From an uncultured delta proteobacterium (GTDB taxonomy: Bacteria; Desulfobacterota; Desulfuromonadia; Desulfuromonadales; JACZKF01), in the NCBI GenBank assembly GCA_963816395.1, contig CAWFKQ010000014.1:32001-96000 (forward strand): a DNA stretch of 64,000 nucleotides, in the 5' to 3' direction. Shown one piece after another: positions 10,673 through 21,890 of the stretch. The notes below the pieces were generated by a model that ran no database searches, was not told the DNA's origin, and worked only from the letters and a program-made list of their open reading frames with translations. Positions within the stretch are counted from its first letter, which is position 1. Every line of letters begins with the position of its first letter. The translations under genes and the position numbers were made by a program.

Positions 10673-10947
10673 TCCCGCCAGGCTCTCGACTTCCGGAGAA
10701 AGAAAAGGCGTTTGCCACGCAATCAAGGGGGAGAAAAAACCGGCTAGGCGAAACGGGACGGCTTGTCCCATTCGGGAGTGTGGCGAATTTCCCCGTTCGG
10801 GTACAGTTCTGGGCAGGCGGGAATTAAGGCTGCAGAAATTTTTAACTGAAGACAGCTCTCTGGCGAGGGGATGTGAACCGGAACAACGACAGGTAAGGGG
10901 ATAAGAGGGAAGGCTTTCAACTCTTGCCCCTTGCCTGCGGCCTGCAT

Positions 10948-12163
<1,216 letters not shown>

Positions 12164-12285
12164 TCTTTCCTGCTCCAGTGAAATGGCCGGCGCTGCGTGG
12201 CGCCGGAGAGGCTCGAGGCCGGCAAAGGAAAAGGGTTTCCCCTTTCGGGAAAACCCTGCAAAACCGCCGCTGCGATTTCGGGGAT

Positions 12286-12372
12286 CTCCTTTCCGAAAGG
12301 GAGGCGCCGCCGTTTCCCGCAGCACCCGTTGGCCATCCGCCGTAGGATACCTTTAGGCGGGGAGGCTCGGAG
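12286..12372 (-). promoter_or_regulatory. Moco/Tuco (tungsten cofactor-type) riboswitch upstream of moeA
   Basis: Minus strand CTCCGAGCC...CCTAAAGG...GGGTGCTGCGGGAAACGGCGGCGCCTCCCTTTCGGAAAGGAG fits the Moco RNA layout (P1 CTCC/GGAG, GAAA-capped P4, CCTCCC...GGAAAGGAG). Confidence 0.8.
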
Positions 12373-12491
12373 AAATGGACCTGAAAATCATTAGAACATG
12401 GATTGAAGGCGAAAGAAAAGGGATTTCACCCAAATGGCGGGCAGGATCCCACGCCTCGATCCCGTCCCAACGCCATGGGCTGGCGCGTGCC

Positions 12492-13322
12492 TTACTCCGC
12501 TCTCTCCAGGGTGATCTCTTCGACCTCCATCTCCAGAAGATTAATGGTGAGAAATCGGTTGCGTAGCAGCCTCCCCTGGCCGAGCAGGATCTTGCAGACC
12601 TCGGCGACCTGGAAGCTGGCGACCAGGGCCGGAGTGAAGGAGGGATTGCCGAGCTGGGCCTCGATCCCCTTTCCCCCTCCCCAGAGGCCATAGATCTTGC
12701 GCAGGGTCTCTTCGCCGGGGAAAACGGTGGTGACATGCCCGTACCAGCCGGCAATCGCTCCATGGACCAGCGGCAACCCGAGCTCGGAGCAGGCATCGGC
12801 CAGTTCCAGGCGGGTCGGCACGTTGTCGACGGCGTCGACCACCACCTCCGCGCCGGCGAACAGTTCCACGGCATTGCCCTGGCCGACCGTGGTCTGAAAG
12901 GGGTATACGGTGACCGCCGGATTGATTTCACCGAGACGCTCCACCGCTGCCTGCGCTTTGGCCTGGCCGAGCCGGGCCGGAGAAGAGAGGAGCTGCCGGT
13001 TCAGGTTGTGCTCCTCGAAGGTATCCGGATCGATGGCGACCAGCTGCCCCACCCCGAGCCGGGCCAGCTCCTCGAGAATGAAACCGCCCAGGCCACCGCA
13101 GCCAACCACCGCCACCCGGCTGCGAAAGAGCCGCAGCTGCTGCGCGGCATCGAGCAGCTGCCGGTTGCGCTGATAGCGGGCCGGCAGGAAACCGCCGGTG
13201 AGAATCGCTTCCTCCACCTCGGCGCAGGTCAGGCCGAAGCGTTCCATTGCCGCCGTCTGACAGAGCCAGGGAACCAGGTCCCCCTCGGCCGCCGCCGTCA
13301 GAAAATCGTTCAGGCTGCTCAT
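12492..13322 (-). CDS. moeB: HesA/MoeB/ThiF family adenylyltransferase
   Basis: RYQRN, VVGCGGLGG, DTFEEHNLNRQ, DAVDN. Confidence 0.85.
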   Translation of the reverse strand: MSSLNDFLTAAAEGDLVPWLCQTAAMERFGLTCAEVEEAILTGGFLPARYQRNRQLLDAAQQLRLFRSRVAVVGCGGLGGFILEELARLGVGQLVAIDPDTFEEHNLNRQLLSSPARLGQAKAQAAVERLGEINPAVTVYPFQTTVGQGNAVELFAGAEVVVDAVDNVPTRLELADACSELGLPLVHGAIAGWYGHVTTVFPGEETLRKIYGLWGGGKGIEAQLGNPSFTPALVASFQVAEVCKILLGQGRLLRNRFLTINLLEMEVEEITLERAE

Positions 13323-13323
13323 C

Positions 13324-13548
13324 TCACCCACCCCCCAAGAGGGGGAAGATGGCCACCGTATCCCCGTCGCCGAGGCTGCGGTCCAGCTTGGCATGCCGGC
13401 TGTTGACCAGGATAATCCCCAATTGCTGCTCAGGGATTCCCAGTTCGGCGACAATCCGCCCCACGGTGGTGCCGGGGGGGTATTCCCGGTCCTCGACGGC
13501 GAATCGTCCCTGGCGAAAGGTGGCGAAGAGTTTTACGGCTATTTTCAT
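13324..13548 (-). CDS. moaD: MoaD/ThiS sulfur carrier
   Basis: 74 aa, MKIAVKLFATFR...DGDTVAIFPLLGGG (C-terminal GG). Confidence 0.9.
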   Translation of the reverse strand: MKIAVKLFATFRQGRFAVEDREYPPGTTVGRIVAELGIPEQQLGIILVNSRHAKLDRSLGDGDTVAIFPLLGGG

Positions 13549-14162
13549 ATACGCTCCCGGAAGTTGACGGTGAGCAGGGTGGACTCGCCCTCCGGCGGGA
13601 GCCAGCGGCCGGCCTGCAGTGTTTTCCAGTCCACCGGCTTGCCGTTGAGAAGTGCCTTGCGGCAATCCCTCCAGAATTCCTCTTCCTGGCCGGTGAGAAA
13701 AGCGGCGAGGGCGGAATTCTCCAGAATGATCCCCTCGCGGAGAAAGACGGGACCCAGCTCCGCCAGCAGCAGGTTGAACAGCTTGAGCCTGATCGCTCCC
13801 TCCCGCGTGCGTTCCCACGCCCCCGATTCCTGGTGGGAAATGGAGCTGCGCATGGCCGCGTAATAGCCGCCGCTGCGCATGGTGGCGCCGACCAGGCCGG
13901 GCATCGCCCCGGAAAGGGCCAGCACCGAACCGTCCCGGATGAGTGCACTATCGGCATTGTCGATGGCCTTGCCGTTGAGAAAGAGGGTGGTGATTCGGCT
14001 GTGCAGATAATCGGCAGCGATGCCGAACTGCCGGGCGAGGAGATCGGTGACGCTGCCGCCGACCAGGACCCGCAGAGTGACCCCCTGCTGCAGGAAGGGA
14101 AAGAAGGCCGGCAGCTGTTCGGGGTAGAGAACGAGACTGAGGGAGTTCGTCGGATTCTTCAT
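13545..14162 (-). CDS. Hypothetical protein with internal ThiS/MoaD-like segment
   Basis: 205 aa from MKNPTNS; ITTLFLNGKAID...DGSVLALSGAMPGLVG; translationally coupled to its neighbours. Confidence 0.7.
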   Translation of the reverse strand: MKNPTNSLSLVLYPEQLPAFFPFLQQGVTLRVLVGGSVTDLLARQFGIAADYLHSRITTLFLNGKAIDNADSALIRDGSVLALSGAMPGLVGATMRSGGYYAAMRSSISHQESGAWERTREGAIRLKLFNLLLAELGPVFLREGIILENSALAAFLTGQEEEFWRDCRKALLNGKPVDWKTLQAGRWLPPEGESTLLTVNFRERI

Positions 14163-14385
14163 CACTGCCCTCTGGCGGTTGGCGGGTGAATCCGTCCGCA
14201 GCCGCGACATATGCCGTAACGGGCCGGGAAGTGATCCATATTGACGGTGAAACACCCCTGGCAGAGCCAGAACTTTAACCCGGCGACCTCCCCGCCGGCA
14301 GGGTGCTGAACAGCCAGCGATAATAGGCATCCCGCTCATACTCCGGGGGTTGCCCGGCCTTTTCCGCCAACTGTTCCAGCAGCAT
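14162..14385 (-). CDS. Small CxxC...CxxC (zinc-ribbon-like) protein, one homopolymer frameshift, not in ORF track
   Basis: RBS GGAGGG; MLLEQLAEKAGQPPEYERDAYYRWLFSTLPAG[+G]EVAGLKFWLCQGCFTVNMDHFPARYGICRGCGRIHPPTARGQ*. Stop overlaps the next ATG (TGATG). Confidence 0.65.
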
Positions 14386-14526
14386 GTTCCCTCCGGGCAG
14401 GAGGTCGGGAGACGGCGCGGCTGGGGATGTTTACCCGCCGCCCCTTTACTCTGCCGATTTTTGCAGATTAAAAAATCCGCGTCAATCCGGGAATTCGCGG
14501 ACCACCTTTTCTTTCCTGGACGACTG

Positions 14527-14561
14527 ACCGCGGAGGGGAGGCCTGCCTCCCCTCCGCGGTC
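14527..14561 (-). terminator. GC-rich hairpin after aor
   Basis: ACCGCGGAGGGGAGGC..GCCTCCCCTCCGCGGT inverted repeat. Confidence 0.55.
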
Positions 14562-14568
14562 ACAGCTG

Positions 14569-16305
14569 CTACCAGTTGAATACCTCGTCGAGTTCCTCAT
14601 CCTTCATGGTGAAGGTCTGGTTGTGCGGGGCGATCGGGTCGGTGTAGAAGTAGCGCGGCAGCCGGTCGTGCTCCTTGGTGAAGCCCGCCCGCTTGTTGAA
14701 ATCGCGCTCGGCCGAAAGGACCGTCTTGCCGAGGGCGACGACGTCATCGCCGGTCAGGCTGGTGCCGTAGAAGGCGTTGAGCATATCGAGCAGGGCCTGG
14801 AAGGTCTCCGGCTGGTCCATGATGGCGAAGGCGATAAACAGGCACATGCCGGTGGAGTCGATGGCCGCCGTGGCGATCTGCAGGTTGCGCGAGAGCTCCA
14901 CCTGCCCTTCGGTCTTGAGCGGATCGACATCGCCGCCGACCTTGAGGATGTTGGTGGCGATGGCGTAGCCGGCGGTGTGGTCGGCGCCCATGGTGGTGGT
15001 GGCATAGGTGACGCCGATCCCCTGGATCGGCCGCGGATCGTAGGCGGGAAGCGCTTGCCCCTTGACCACCGGCACCTTCTCCACGCCGAAGACCTTGCCG
15101 GTGATCGCGGCGCCGCTGCCCAGAACGCGCCCGAGCGGGGTCCCCTTGGCGACCTCCTCCATCAGCCGGATGGCGCCTTCGCGGTCGCCGAACTCGGCCA
15201 GCCCGGCATCCATGGCGACGCCGATGGTGACCCCCATCTCGATGGTGTCGACGCCGATGTTGTCGTCGATGTAGTCGAGGCGGGCGACCGTGTCGAGGTC
15301 GTCGATGCCGCAGTGGCCGCCATGCGACCAGACCGTCTCGTACTCGGGCTGCTTGGTGACGTAGTTGCCGTCCTTGTCGTTGAAGATGCCGGAGCACTGG
15401 ATGACGCAGCCGCGATGGCAGCCGTGGGTGGCGCTGCCGCCGCGCTTGATCTCCAGCTCGGCCTGCGCCTCGCCGCTGAGCTTGGCGGCGCCTTCGAACA
15501 CGCCCGATTTGAAGTTGCGGGTCGGATAGCCGCCGGCCTCGTTGAGGACGTTGGTGAGGACGTTGGTGCCGTAGGCGGGCAGACCCTCGCCGGTCACCGG
15601 GTGCTTGCGCAGCCCCTCGACGAACTTGCGGTTGGCGTCGCGGTACTTCTCCGGGTCTTTCGGGGCGCGGTGCTTCAGACCGGCGTCGTCGAGGATGATC
15701 GCCTTGACCTTCTTCGAACCCATGACGGCGCCGACGCCGCCGCGGCCGCAGTGGCGGGTGGGGCGCAGTTCCGGGTCGGTACAGGCGATGGAGGCGGCAA
15801 GCAGCAGCCGCTCGCCGGCCGAGCCGATGGTCATGTAGGCCACCCTGTCGCCGTATTCCTGGCGCAGCTTCGCCACCAGAGGATAGTTGTCGAGCAGCTT
15901 CAGGCTGTTGTCGACGACGATCTGCACTCCGTCCTTGTTGATGACGATCTTGTACAGGTCGTCCCCTGCCGGCTTCCCTTCCAGTACGATGGCGGCATAG
16001 CCGAGGCGCGCCAGCACCTGGGCGGCCTGGCCGCCGGCGTTCGACTCCTTGATGGTGCCGGTGAGGGGGCTCTTGCAGCCGACGGAGAGCCGACCGCTCA
16101 TGGCGCCGGTGGAGCCGCTCAGCATGCCCGGGGCGATGACCAGCTTGTTCTCCGCCCCCAGGGGGTGACAGAGGGGATTCACTTCCTTGTTGATCATCAG
16201 GGAGGTCGTCGCCCTCCCCCCGAGCCCGGCATACTCGCCGACCGGCTCGGTGGTCATCTTCGGGCCGCCCGGGGCGCCCATGTCGATCCTGAGAATCGTT
16301 TCCAT
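14569..16305 (-). CDS. aor: Tungsten-type aldehyde:ferredoxin oxidoreductase (AOR family)
   Basis: 578 aa; KSPLTGTIKESNAGG, GRGGVGAVMGSKKVK, CHRGCVIQC, EYET, DSTGMCLF, HDRLP. Confidence 0.95.
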   Translation of the reverse strand: METILRIDMGAPGGPKMTTEPVGEYAGLGGRATTSLMINKEVNPLCHPLGAENKLVIAPGMLSGSTGAMSGRLSVGCKSPLTGTIKESNAGGQAAQVLARLGYAAIVLEGKPAGDDLYKIVINKDGVQIVVDNSLKLLDNYPLVAKLRQEYGDRVAYMTIGSAGERLLLAASIACTDPELRPTRHCGRGGVGAVMGSKKVKAIILDDAGLKHRAPKDPEKYRDANRKFVEGLRKHPVTGEGLPAYGTNVLTNVLNEAGGYPTRNFKSGVFEGAAKLSGEAQAELEIKRGGSATHGCHRGCVIQCSGIFNDKDGNYVTKQPEYETVWSHGGHCGIDDLDTVARLDYIDDNIGVDTIEMGVTIGVAMDAGLAEFGDREGAIRLMEEVAKGTPLGRVLGSGAAITGKVFGVEKVPVVKGQALPAYDPRPIQGIGVTYATTTMGADHTAGYAIATNILKVGGDVDPLKTEGQVELSRNLQIATAAIDSTGMCLFIAFAIMDQPETFQALLDMLNAFYGTSLTGDDVVALGKTVLSAERDFNKRAGFTKEHDRLPRYFYTDPIAPHNQTFTMKDEELDEVFNW

Positions 16306-16344
16306 ACCCGTGGTTTCTCCTTTACCGTGCAAAAGGTGAAAAAG

Positions 16345-16435
16345 CTCCTTTCCACAAGGGAGGCAGGGCCGTTTCCGGCACTACCCATTGGCCGTTCGCC
16401 AGGGGACACGCCCGTCAGGCAGCCAGGCTCGGAGG
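16345..16435 (-). promoter_or_regulatory. Moco/Tuco riboswitch in the aor leader
   Basis: Minus strand CCTCCGAGCC...CCTGAC...GGGTAGTGCCGGAAACGGCCCTGCCTCCCTTGTGGAAAGGAG, same layout as the moeA copy. Confidence 0.8.
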
Positions 16436-16506
16436 TAATACAGCATTTTGGAGACAGGACATCTCAAAACATGCCTTTTCCTGCGGCTTTCACCGTTTTC
16501 TGGTTT

Positions 16507-16522
16507 TGCAACACTAGTGCCA
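16507..16522 (-). promoter_or_regulatory. sigma54 promoter of aor operon
   Basis: TGGCACTAGTGTTGCA on the minus strand, close to consensus. Confidence 0.85.
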
Positions 16523-16713
16523 TCAATAGAACGATGGTTGATCATTTATTCTAGCTATAAATACCGGCAGGTTTGCAAGGAGATAACGGAAATCGGCGAC
16601 AATCCCAGGGAACGGGCGGCGGCGGATGGGAATAGAGGAAGGGGCGGTTCGTCGCTCGCGCCCCTGTTGCTTTTCTCCACAGCGTGGAGAAACTACCCGG
16701 AACGGTAATCATT

Positions 16714-18148
16714 TTACGCCAATATTTCCATCTGCCGCAGAACCACCACCCGATAGCTGGCGAAACTCTTCCGCCGCAGGCACCCCCAGAAAACACCGGC
16801 GCCGTAGGCGATCTGCTCCAGCAGGTAGATGCCGGCGAAGCCGGGGAACCACAGGCGCGGCTTGCGCACCACGTAATCGACGCCGGCGGCGCAGCCGAGC
16901 GCCGCCGCCGGCACCGCCCACATGCCCGGCAGCAGGACGGCCAGGGCGAGGAGCGGCAGCGCGTAGTAGCGCACCAGGTGATAAGCACAGGTAGTAGAAG
17001 AGGCTGCCGAGAGCCCGCAGCCGCCCGGCCAGCAGCGCCGGCAGCCTGATCGGCACCCCCCGGCGGACCAGCCGCCGGCGCATCAATGCAGCGTCGGCCG
17101 CGAGGACCCCGGCGGCGAGGAGCGCGGGCCACCAGCCGGCAAAGGGTGCCGCCGCGGCGAGGGCCAGCACCGCCGCGAGCAGGGGAGGAACCACCAGCCG
17201 CTTGCGGCGCTCCGGGTGCAGGCGCTGCAGCACCCCCTCGGAGGTGCCGTAATCAAAGCGCCGGGTCATGAAGGAGCGAACGCTGCTGCGGTGCGCGTGC
17301 AGCACCCGGCCGGCGGGAAGATAGGCGATCCGCCAGCCACCGTCCCGCAGCCGCCAGGTAAGGTCCACATCCTCCCCCACCTGCATGGTCTCTTCGAAGC
17401 CGCAGGCGGCGAGGAAGGCGGTCCGCCGCACCAGCAGGTTGCAGCTCGGCAGGTAGAAGGTGTCGTCCCCCCCCTGCCCCGAGCGCTCCCGGGAACCGAG
17501 GGAGAGGCTGGACATTACCGCCTCGTAGCGGTCGACGGCCGATTCGGTGCACATGCCGTCCACTCTCCCCCCTACGGCGGCCATCTCCGGGTCGGCGAAG
17601 GCGGGGACCAACTCCGCCAGCCAGCGCGGCGAGGCGGTGCAGTCCGAGTCGATGAAGGCGAGGATCTCCCCGCCGGCCGCCGCCGCCCCGACGTTGCGGG
17701 CCGCCGCCGGCCCCCGGCCGCTCCCCCCCGAGGGGAGGACGCGGACGCCGGATCGGCGCGCCACCTCGGCAGTGGCATCGCGGCTGCCGTCGTCGACGAC
17801 AATGACCTCCAGCTGCTCCCGCGGATACTCGAGCTCGGCGAGGGAGGCGAGGCAGCGCTGCAGCTCCTCGGCCCGGTCCTTCACCGGGATGACGATGCTG
17901 ACCGTCGGCCGCTCGGCCGGCTCCCCGAGCGTGCTGCGCAGCCGCTCGACGAACCCTTTCCCCGCCAGCTGTTCCAGGACCTTCCCCTCCCCTGCCGTGG
18001 CGCCGCGCAGCACCCCGCCCTCCCCGCGCCGCAGCAGGGCCGCCAGGGAGGCGTTCAGCCGCAGGGCGCGAAGCGGGGCCTGGGAGATGAGAAAAATTCC
18101 CCCGTCCCGCTCCACGATTTCGGTTTTCGGCGCCAGGCGGTAGTTCAT
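16714..18148 (-). CDS. mftF: Mycofactocin glycosyltransferase (GT2), frameshift near 16985
   Basis: SQAPLRALRLN N-terminus, VSIVIPVKDR, VVDDGS, GPAAARN, FIDSDC, YEAVMSSLSLG, VGEDVDL, YGTSE; located in the mft cluster. Confidence 0.9.
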
Positions 18149-18259
18149 CTCAAGACCTAAAGAGAATTATTCACCACGGAGGACACGGAGAGCACTGAGG
18201 AATTAAAAGCCTAGCTTCTTTGCTTTAAATTCGCGAGAATATTTCAGATCTTAATCTTC

Positions 18260-19190
18260 TCAGTGTCCTTGTCTTGATAAATGGGTTCTTTGCACATGCA
18301 TCAGTGCCTTTGGCACCAGCCCCTCTTCCTCGAAGATCCGCCACAACCCTGCCGCCGTCTCTTCGGCGGAGAGCGCGTGCGTCTTTCCCTCCGCTCGCCT
18401 TGATCCCCCCCGAAAGGAGGGAGAGGATGCGCTCGAAAGCCGGCAGGGTCGCGTCCGGCGTCGCCACCCGCACCGGGTCGGGGCGCGGAACGCCGAATTC
18501 CGCCGTCTCCAGGTAGGCGCCGACGGCGCCGATCTGCCAGAAGGGGAGCCCGAGGTGGGAAAGTTCCCAGACCTCCACCGATGCGGCGAGGGAGGCGGTT
18601 ATCGCTCCGATCGCCGGGTAGCGCGGTGTCGTTCCCTCCTCGAAGAGGACAGTGCAGGGGAAAGGGGCGGCGACGGTCTGCCGCGCTCCGCGGTCCGACT
18701 TGCGCAGTACCTCGACCCCGCCCTCGGTCAGGGCGAGGGAAACCGCGGCGCCGATGCACGGCCGGCCGGCAGCGGCGGCGGCCAGGGCCGGCGCCGGATC
18801 GTCCCCGCGATCGATCAGCCGGTTGCCGGTAAAGACCAGGGTCGGGGTGAGAATCTCGATGATGCGGGCGAGAACGCGGGCGTCGGCCACGGCATCCCCC
18901 CCCTCCAGGCCATGGTCCCAGAAGCGGATTCCCCGATCCGCCCCCATGGCGAAGGCCAGCCGCAGGGTATCATCGAGCCGCTCCGGGCCGACGGCGAGAA
19001 CGGTCACCGCCGCACCGGTGCGGTCCTTCAGGCAGAGCGCCTCCTCCAGAGCGGCGAGATCGGCCGGGTTCGGTACTCGCCGCAGCCCCCGCTCGCTGAT
19101 CCCGGCGCCGCGGGTGGTGACTTTGGCCGGCGGCCGGGGATCGGCGGTCTCACGAAGGAGGACGAGTATGTCAAGTTTGTTATTGGTCAT
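18260..19190 (-). CDS. etfB: Electron transfer flavoprotein beta subunit (FixA-like), C-terminal frameshift
   Basis: NPADLAALEEALCLK, AMGADRG, LARII. The end coordinate is approximate. Confidence 0.8.
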
Positions 19191-19200
19191 GTGAGCCTCT

Positions 19201-19316
19201 GAAATTTTGAATTTTAAATTTTGAATTCTGAATTATTAGAACCAAAACCAACGGAGTTATGACTTCGGCTTTTCGAGTTTTCAATTCAAAATTAAGAATT
19301 CAAAATTCAAAATTGC
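19201..19316. repeat. AT-rich heptamer (TTTTGAA / TTCAAAA) inverted tandem repeats
   Basis: TGAAATTTTGAATTTTAAATTTTGAATTCTGAATT...AATTCAAAATTAAGAATTCAAAATTCAAAATT. Confidence 0.7.
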
Positions 19317-19320
19317 CTTT

Positions 19321-19601
19321 CTAGGTCATCCGATACGCCACCCCGAACCCGCCTCTCGGGTACCGCCATCGCGTGAACGCCTTTTTCGCTGGCAGACGAC
19401 ATAGCAGGTGCCGCATTCGAGACAGCCGTCGTGGACGAAGGTCATCTTCTGCTCCGCCTCGTTCCAGGTGTAGCAGCGGGCCGGGCAGGAGTTGGTGCAG
19501 GCGCGGTTGTCGCAGGCGGCGCATTTCTGGGTGTCGAGGACGATGTGCGGCTCGCGGTCGATGGTGAAGCTGGTGAAGTCGAAGATCTCGTCGATGTTCA
19601 T
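19321..19601 (-). CDS. fixX: FixX-type ferredoxin (C-terminal frameshift)
   Basis: MNIDEIFDFTSFTIDREPHI...CTNSCPARCY...GCLECGTCYVVC...WRYPRGGFGVAYRMT. Confidence 0.9.
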
Positions 19602-20894
19602 AGGGCTCTCCAGGCGCTGAAGGCGTCGGCCGCCAGGTTTTTCAATCCGACCTTCTTCCGGGCTCTCTTCAGGAAGAGCCGGGAGAGGTTCCCCTTCGCC
19701 GTCCCCTCGATGCGGTAGATATCTTCCATCACGCCGCAGACCAGTTCCGGGTAGTCGCTGTAGATGCGGTCGTTGTGCAGCATGTGCGGCGCCCGCCGGG
19801 CTTGCTTGAGGTCCTGCAGGACGTGGCTCCCCGCCAGCAGCCGGCGGTAGCTCTGCAGCCCCTGCCGGCTGAAGTCGCCGCTCTCGTGGGCGGCGACCGC
19901 GGCCTGCCCGGCGAGTACCCCGGACTGCGCCGCCAGGTTGATCCCCTCCAGGTTGACGCCGGTGGCGTTGCAGAAGGCGGCGGCGTCGCCGGTGACCAGG
20001 ATGCCGTCGCCGACCAGTTCGGGGATCATGTCGTAGCCGCCCTCGGGGATGAGGTGGGCCGAGTACTCCTGCAGCCGGCCGCCGCGCACCATCTTCGCCA
20101 CCTGCGGCTGCTCGAGGAAGGCGTTGAGCAGGTCGTAGGGGGTCTTGCCGCTCGTCCGCAGGCTCGCCAGGTGGAAGACGAGGCCGACGGAGAGGGAGTC
20201 GTAATTGGTGTAGAGGAAGGCGCCGCCGCGCACGCCGGCGGTGCAGCCGACGAACTCGTTGGCGAAGCCCTGGTCGCGCACCAGACCGAAGCGGTCGTCG
20301 ATCGTCTCCTTGGGCAGGTCGAGGAGGGCCTTCACCCCGACCGCCATCTGCGCCGGGTCGAAGGTCGGCCGTCGCAGCCCGGCTTTCAGCGCGGTGAAGG
20401 AGAGGACGCCGTCGGCGGCGATCACCACCGGGGCGGTGAGTTCCCCCCGGTCGAGGACGGTGACGCCGGCCACCCGGCCGTTCTTCGTGACGACATCGTC
20501 CACCGTGGCGCGGGTGATCAGGGTGGCGCCGGCCTTGACCGCCTCCTCCGCCAGCCAGGCGTCGAAGCGCGGGCGGAAGATGGTGTAGCCGTTGAACGGC
20601 GGCTTGTCGAAGCTGCCCGCCTCGATGACGGTGCTGAAGCTGGAGTCGCCGGTGGTGAAGGTGACCCCCTTCTTGACGATGTGCCGCTCCAGCGGCGCCC
20701 GCTCCCAGAAGTCGGGGAAGATCGCCTCCAGGGCGGGGATGCGGTGCAGCACGCCGCCGAACATGTTCTTCTCGCCGGGGAAGGTGCCGCGCTCGACCAG
20801 GGCGACATCGAGCCCGGCCCGGGCCATGGTCAGGGCGGCGGCAGAGCCGGCCGGGCCCGGCGCCGACGACGATCGCCTGAAAATTCGTCTTCAT
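19598..20894 (-). CDS. fixC: FixC-type FAD-dependent ETF-quinone oxidoreductase (N-terminal frameshift)
   Basis: AIVVGAGP, ERGTFPGEKNMFGG, APLERHI, EYSAHLIPEGG, GDAAAF. Confidence 0.9.
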
Positions 20895-21890
20895 CGGGCA
20901 CCTCCGGCGTTCGCCCGGGCCCGTTCCAGGAGGCGCGGCAGGACAGTTTTGAGATCGGCCACGAACCCCTCGTCGGCGTTGGGCAGGATGGGGGCCTTCG
21001 GGTCGATGTTGACGGCGACGATGCGGCGCGAATCCTTGATCCCGCCGATGTGGTGCATGGAGCCGGAGATGCCGAGGGCGAGGTAGAGCCGGGGGGTGAC
21101 GGTGCGGCCGGTCTGCCCGACCATCCGCTCGAAGCCGGTCCAGCCGAGATCGTAGACCGGGCGGGTGACGCCGAAGGAGACATTGAGCAGGCGGCAGAGC
21201 TCCCGCAGCTGCTCGAAGGTCGCCGCGTCGCACCCCTTGCCGGCGCTGAAGATCACTTCCGCCTCGGTGAGGTCGACGGTCTGCGGATCGGGGGGGATGC
21301 GGCCGGTGATCCGGGCCGCCTTCTCCGCCCGGATTTGGCCCGGCTGCCAGACGGTCACCGCCGGGGTCGTGGGGCGAACCGTCGGCAGGAGCACCTGGCT
21401 GAGGGCGCGGACCGGCACGGTGAGGACCAGGGGGCGCTTGCCGTCCCAGAGCTTGGTTTCCGCCACCCGGCCGCCCAGGGCCGGGCGGGAGAGGCGCACC
21501 CCGCCCTCGCCGCGCCGGGCGGTCGCCACCTCGGTGAGGAGGGCGGCGTCGAGGGCGGCGGCGGCGACCGGTGCCAGGGTGGCGCCCAGGTCGTTGTGCG
21601 GCAGCAGGAGCACCGTCGTTCCCTGCGCCGCGGCCAGGGCGGCCAGGGTCCGGCCGAGGAGGGCCGGGGTGTCCAGGAGGCTCTCGCCCCCCTGCACCTG
21701 GGTGATCGCCGGGGTGCCGTAGGCGCCGAAGCCGGCCAGCTGCGCCATCGCCGGGAGCGGCCGCGGTGACCGCCTCCCAGCCGCTGCCGAGGATGCCGGC
21801 CAGGCGCGCGCCCCAGGAGAGGAGCCCGCGGCCGGTCTCGTCGAGCTCGCCGCCGGGCAGATCGACGAAGAGAAGGAGTTTGCCGCCCAT
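20891..21890 (-). CDS. etfA: Electron transfer flavoprotein alpha subunit (FixB-like), frameshift near 21750
   Basis: DLTEAEVIFSAGKG, GVTRP, MVGQTGRTVTPRLYLALGISGSMHHIGG, AVNIDPKAPI. Confidence 0.9.

Noticed and set aside
14350..16554. Long antisense ORFs (also 19775-21769, 23082-25643, 39863-41503, 48908-51232, 61650-63704)
   Set aside because: Shadow frames of high-GC3 genes on the opposite strand, with no recognisable motifs.
19326..21890. 854-aa apparent EtfA-ferredoxin fusion ORF
   Set aside because: Artefact: only the two ends are real (EtfA start, FixX); the middle is an off-frame reading of etfA and fixC.
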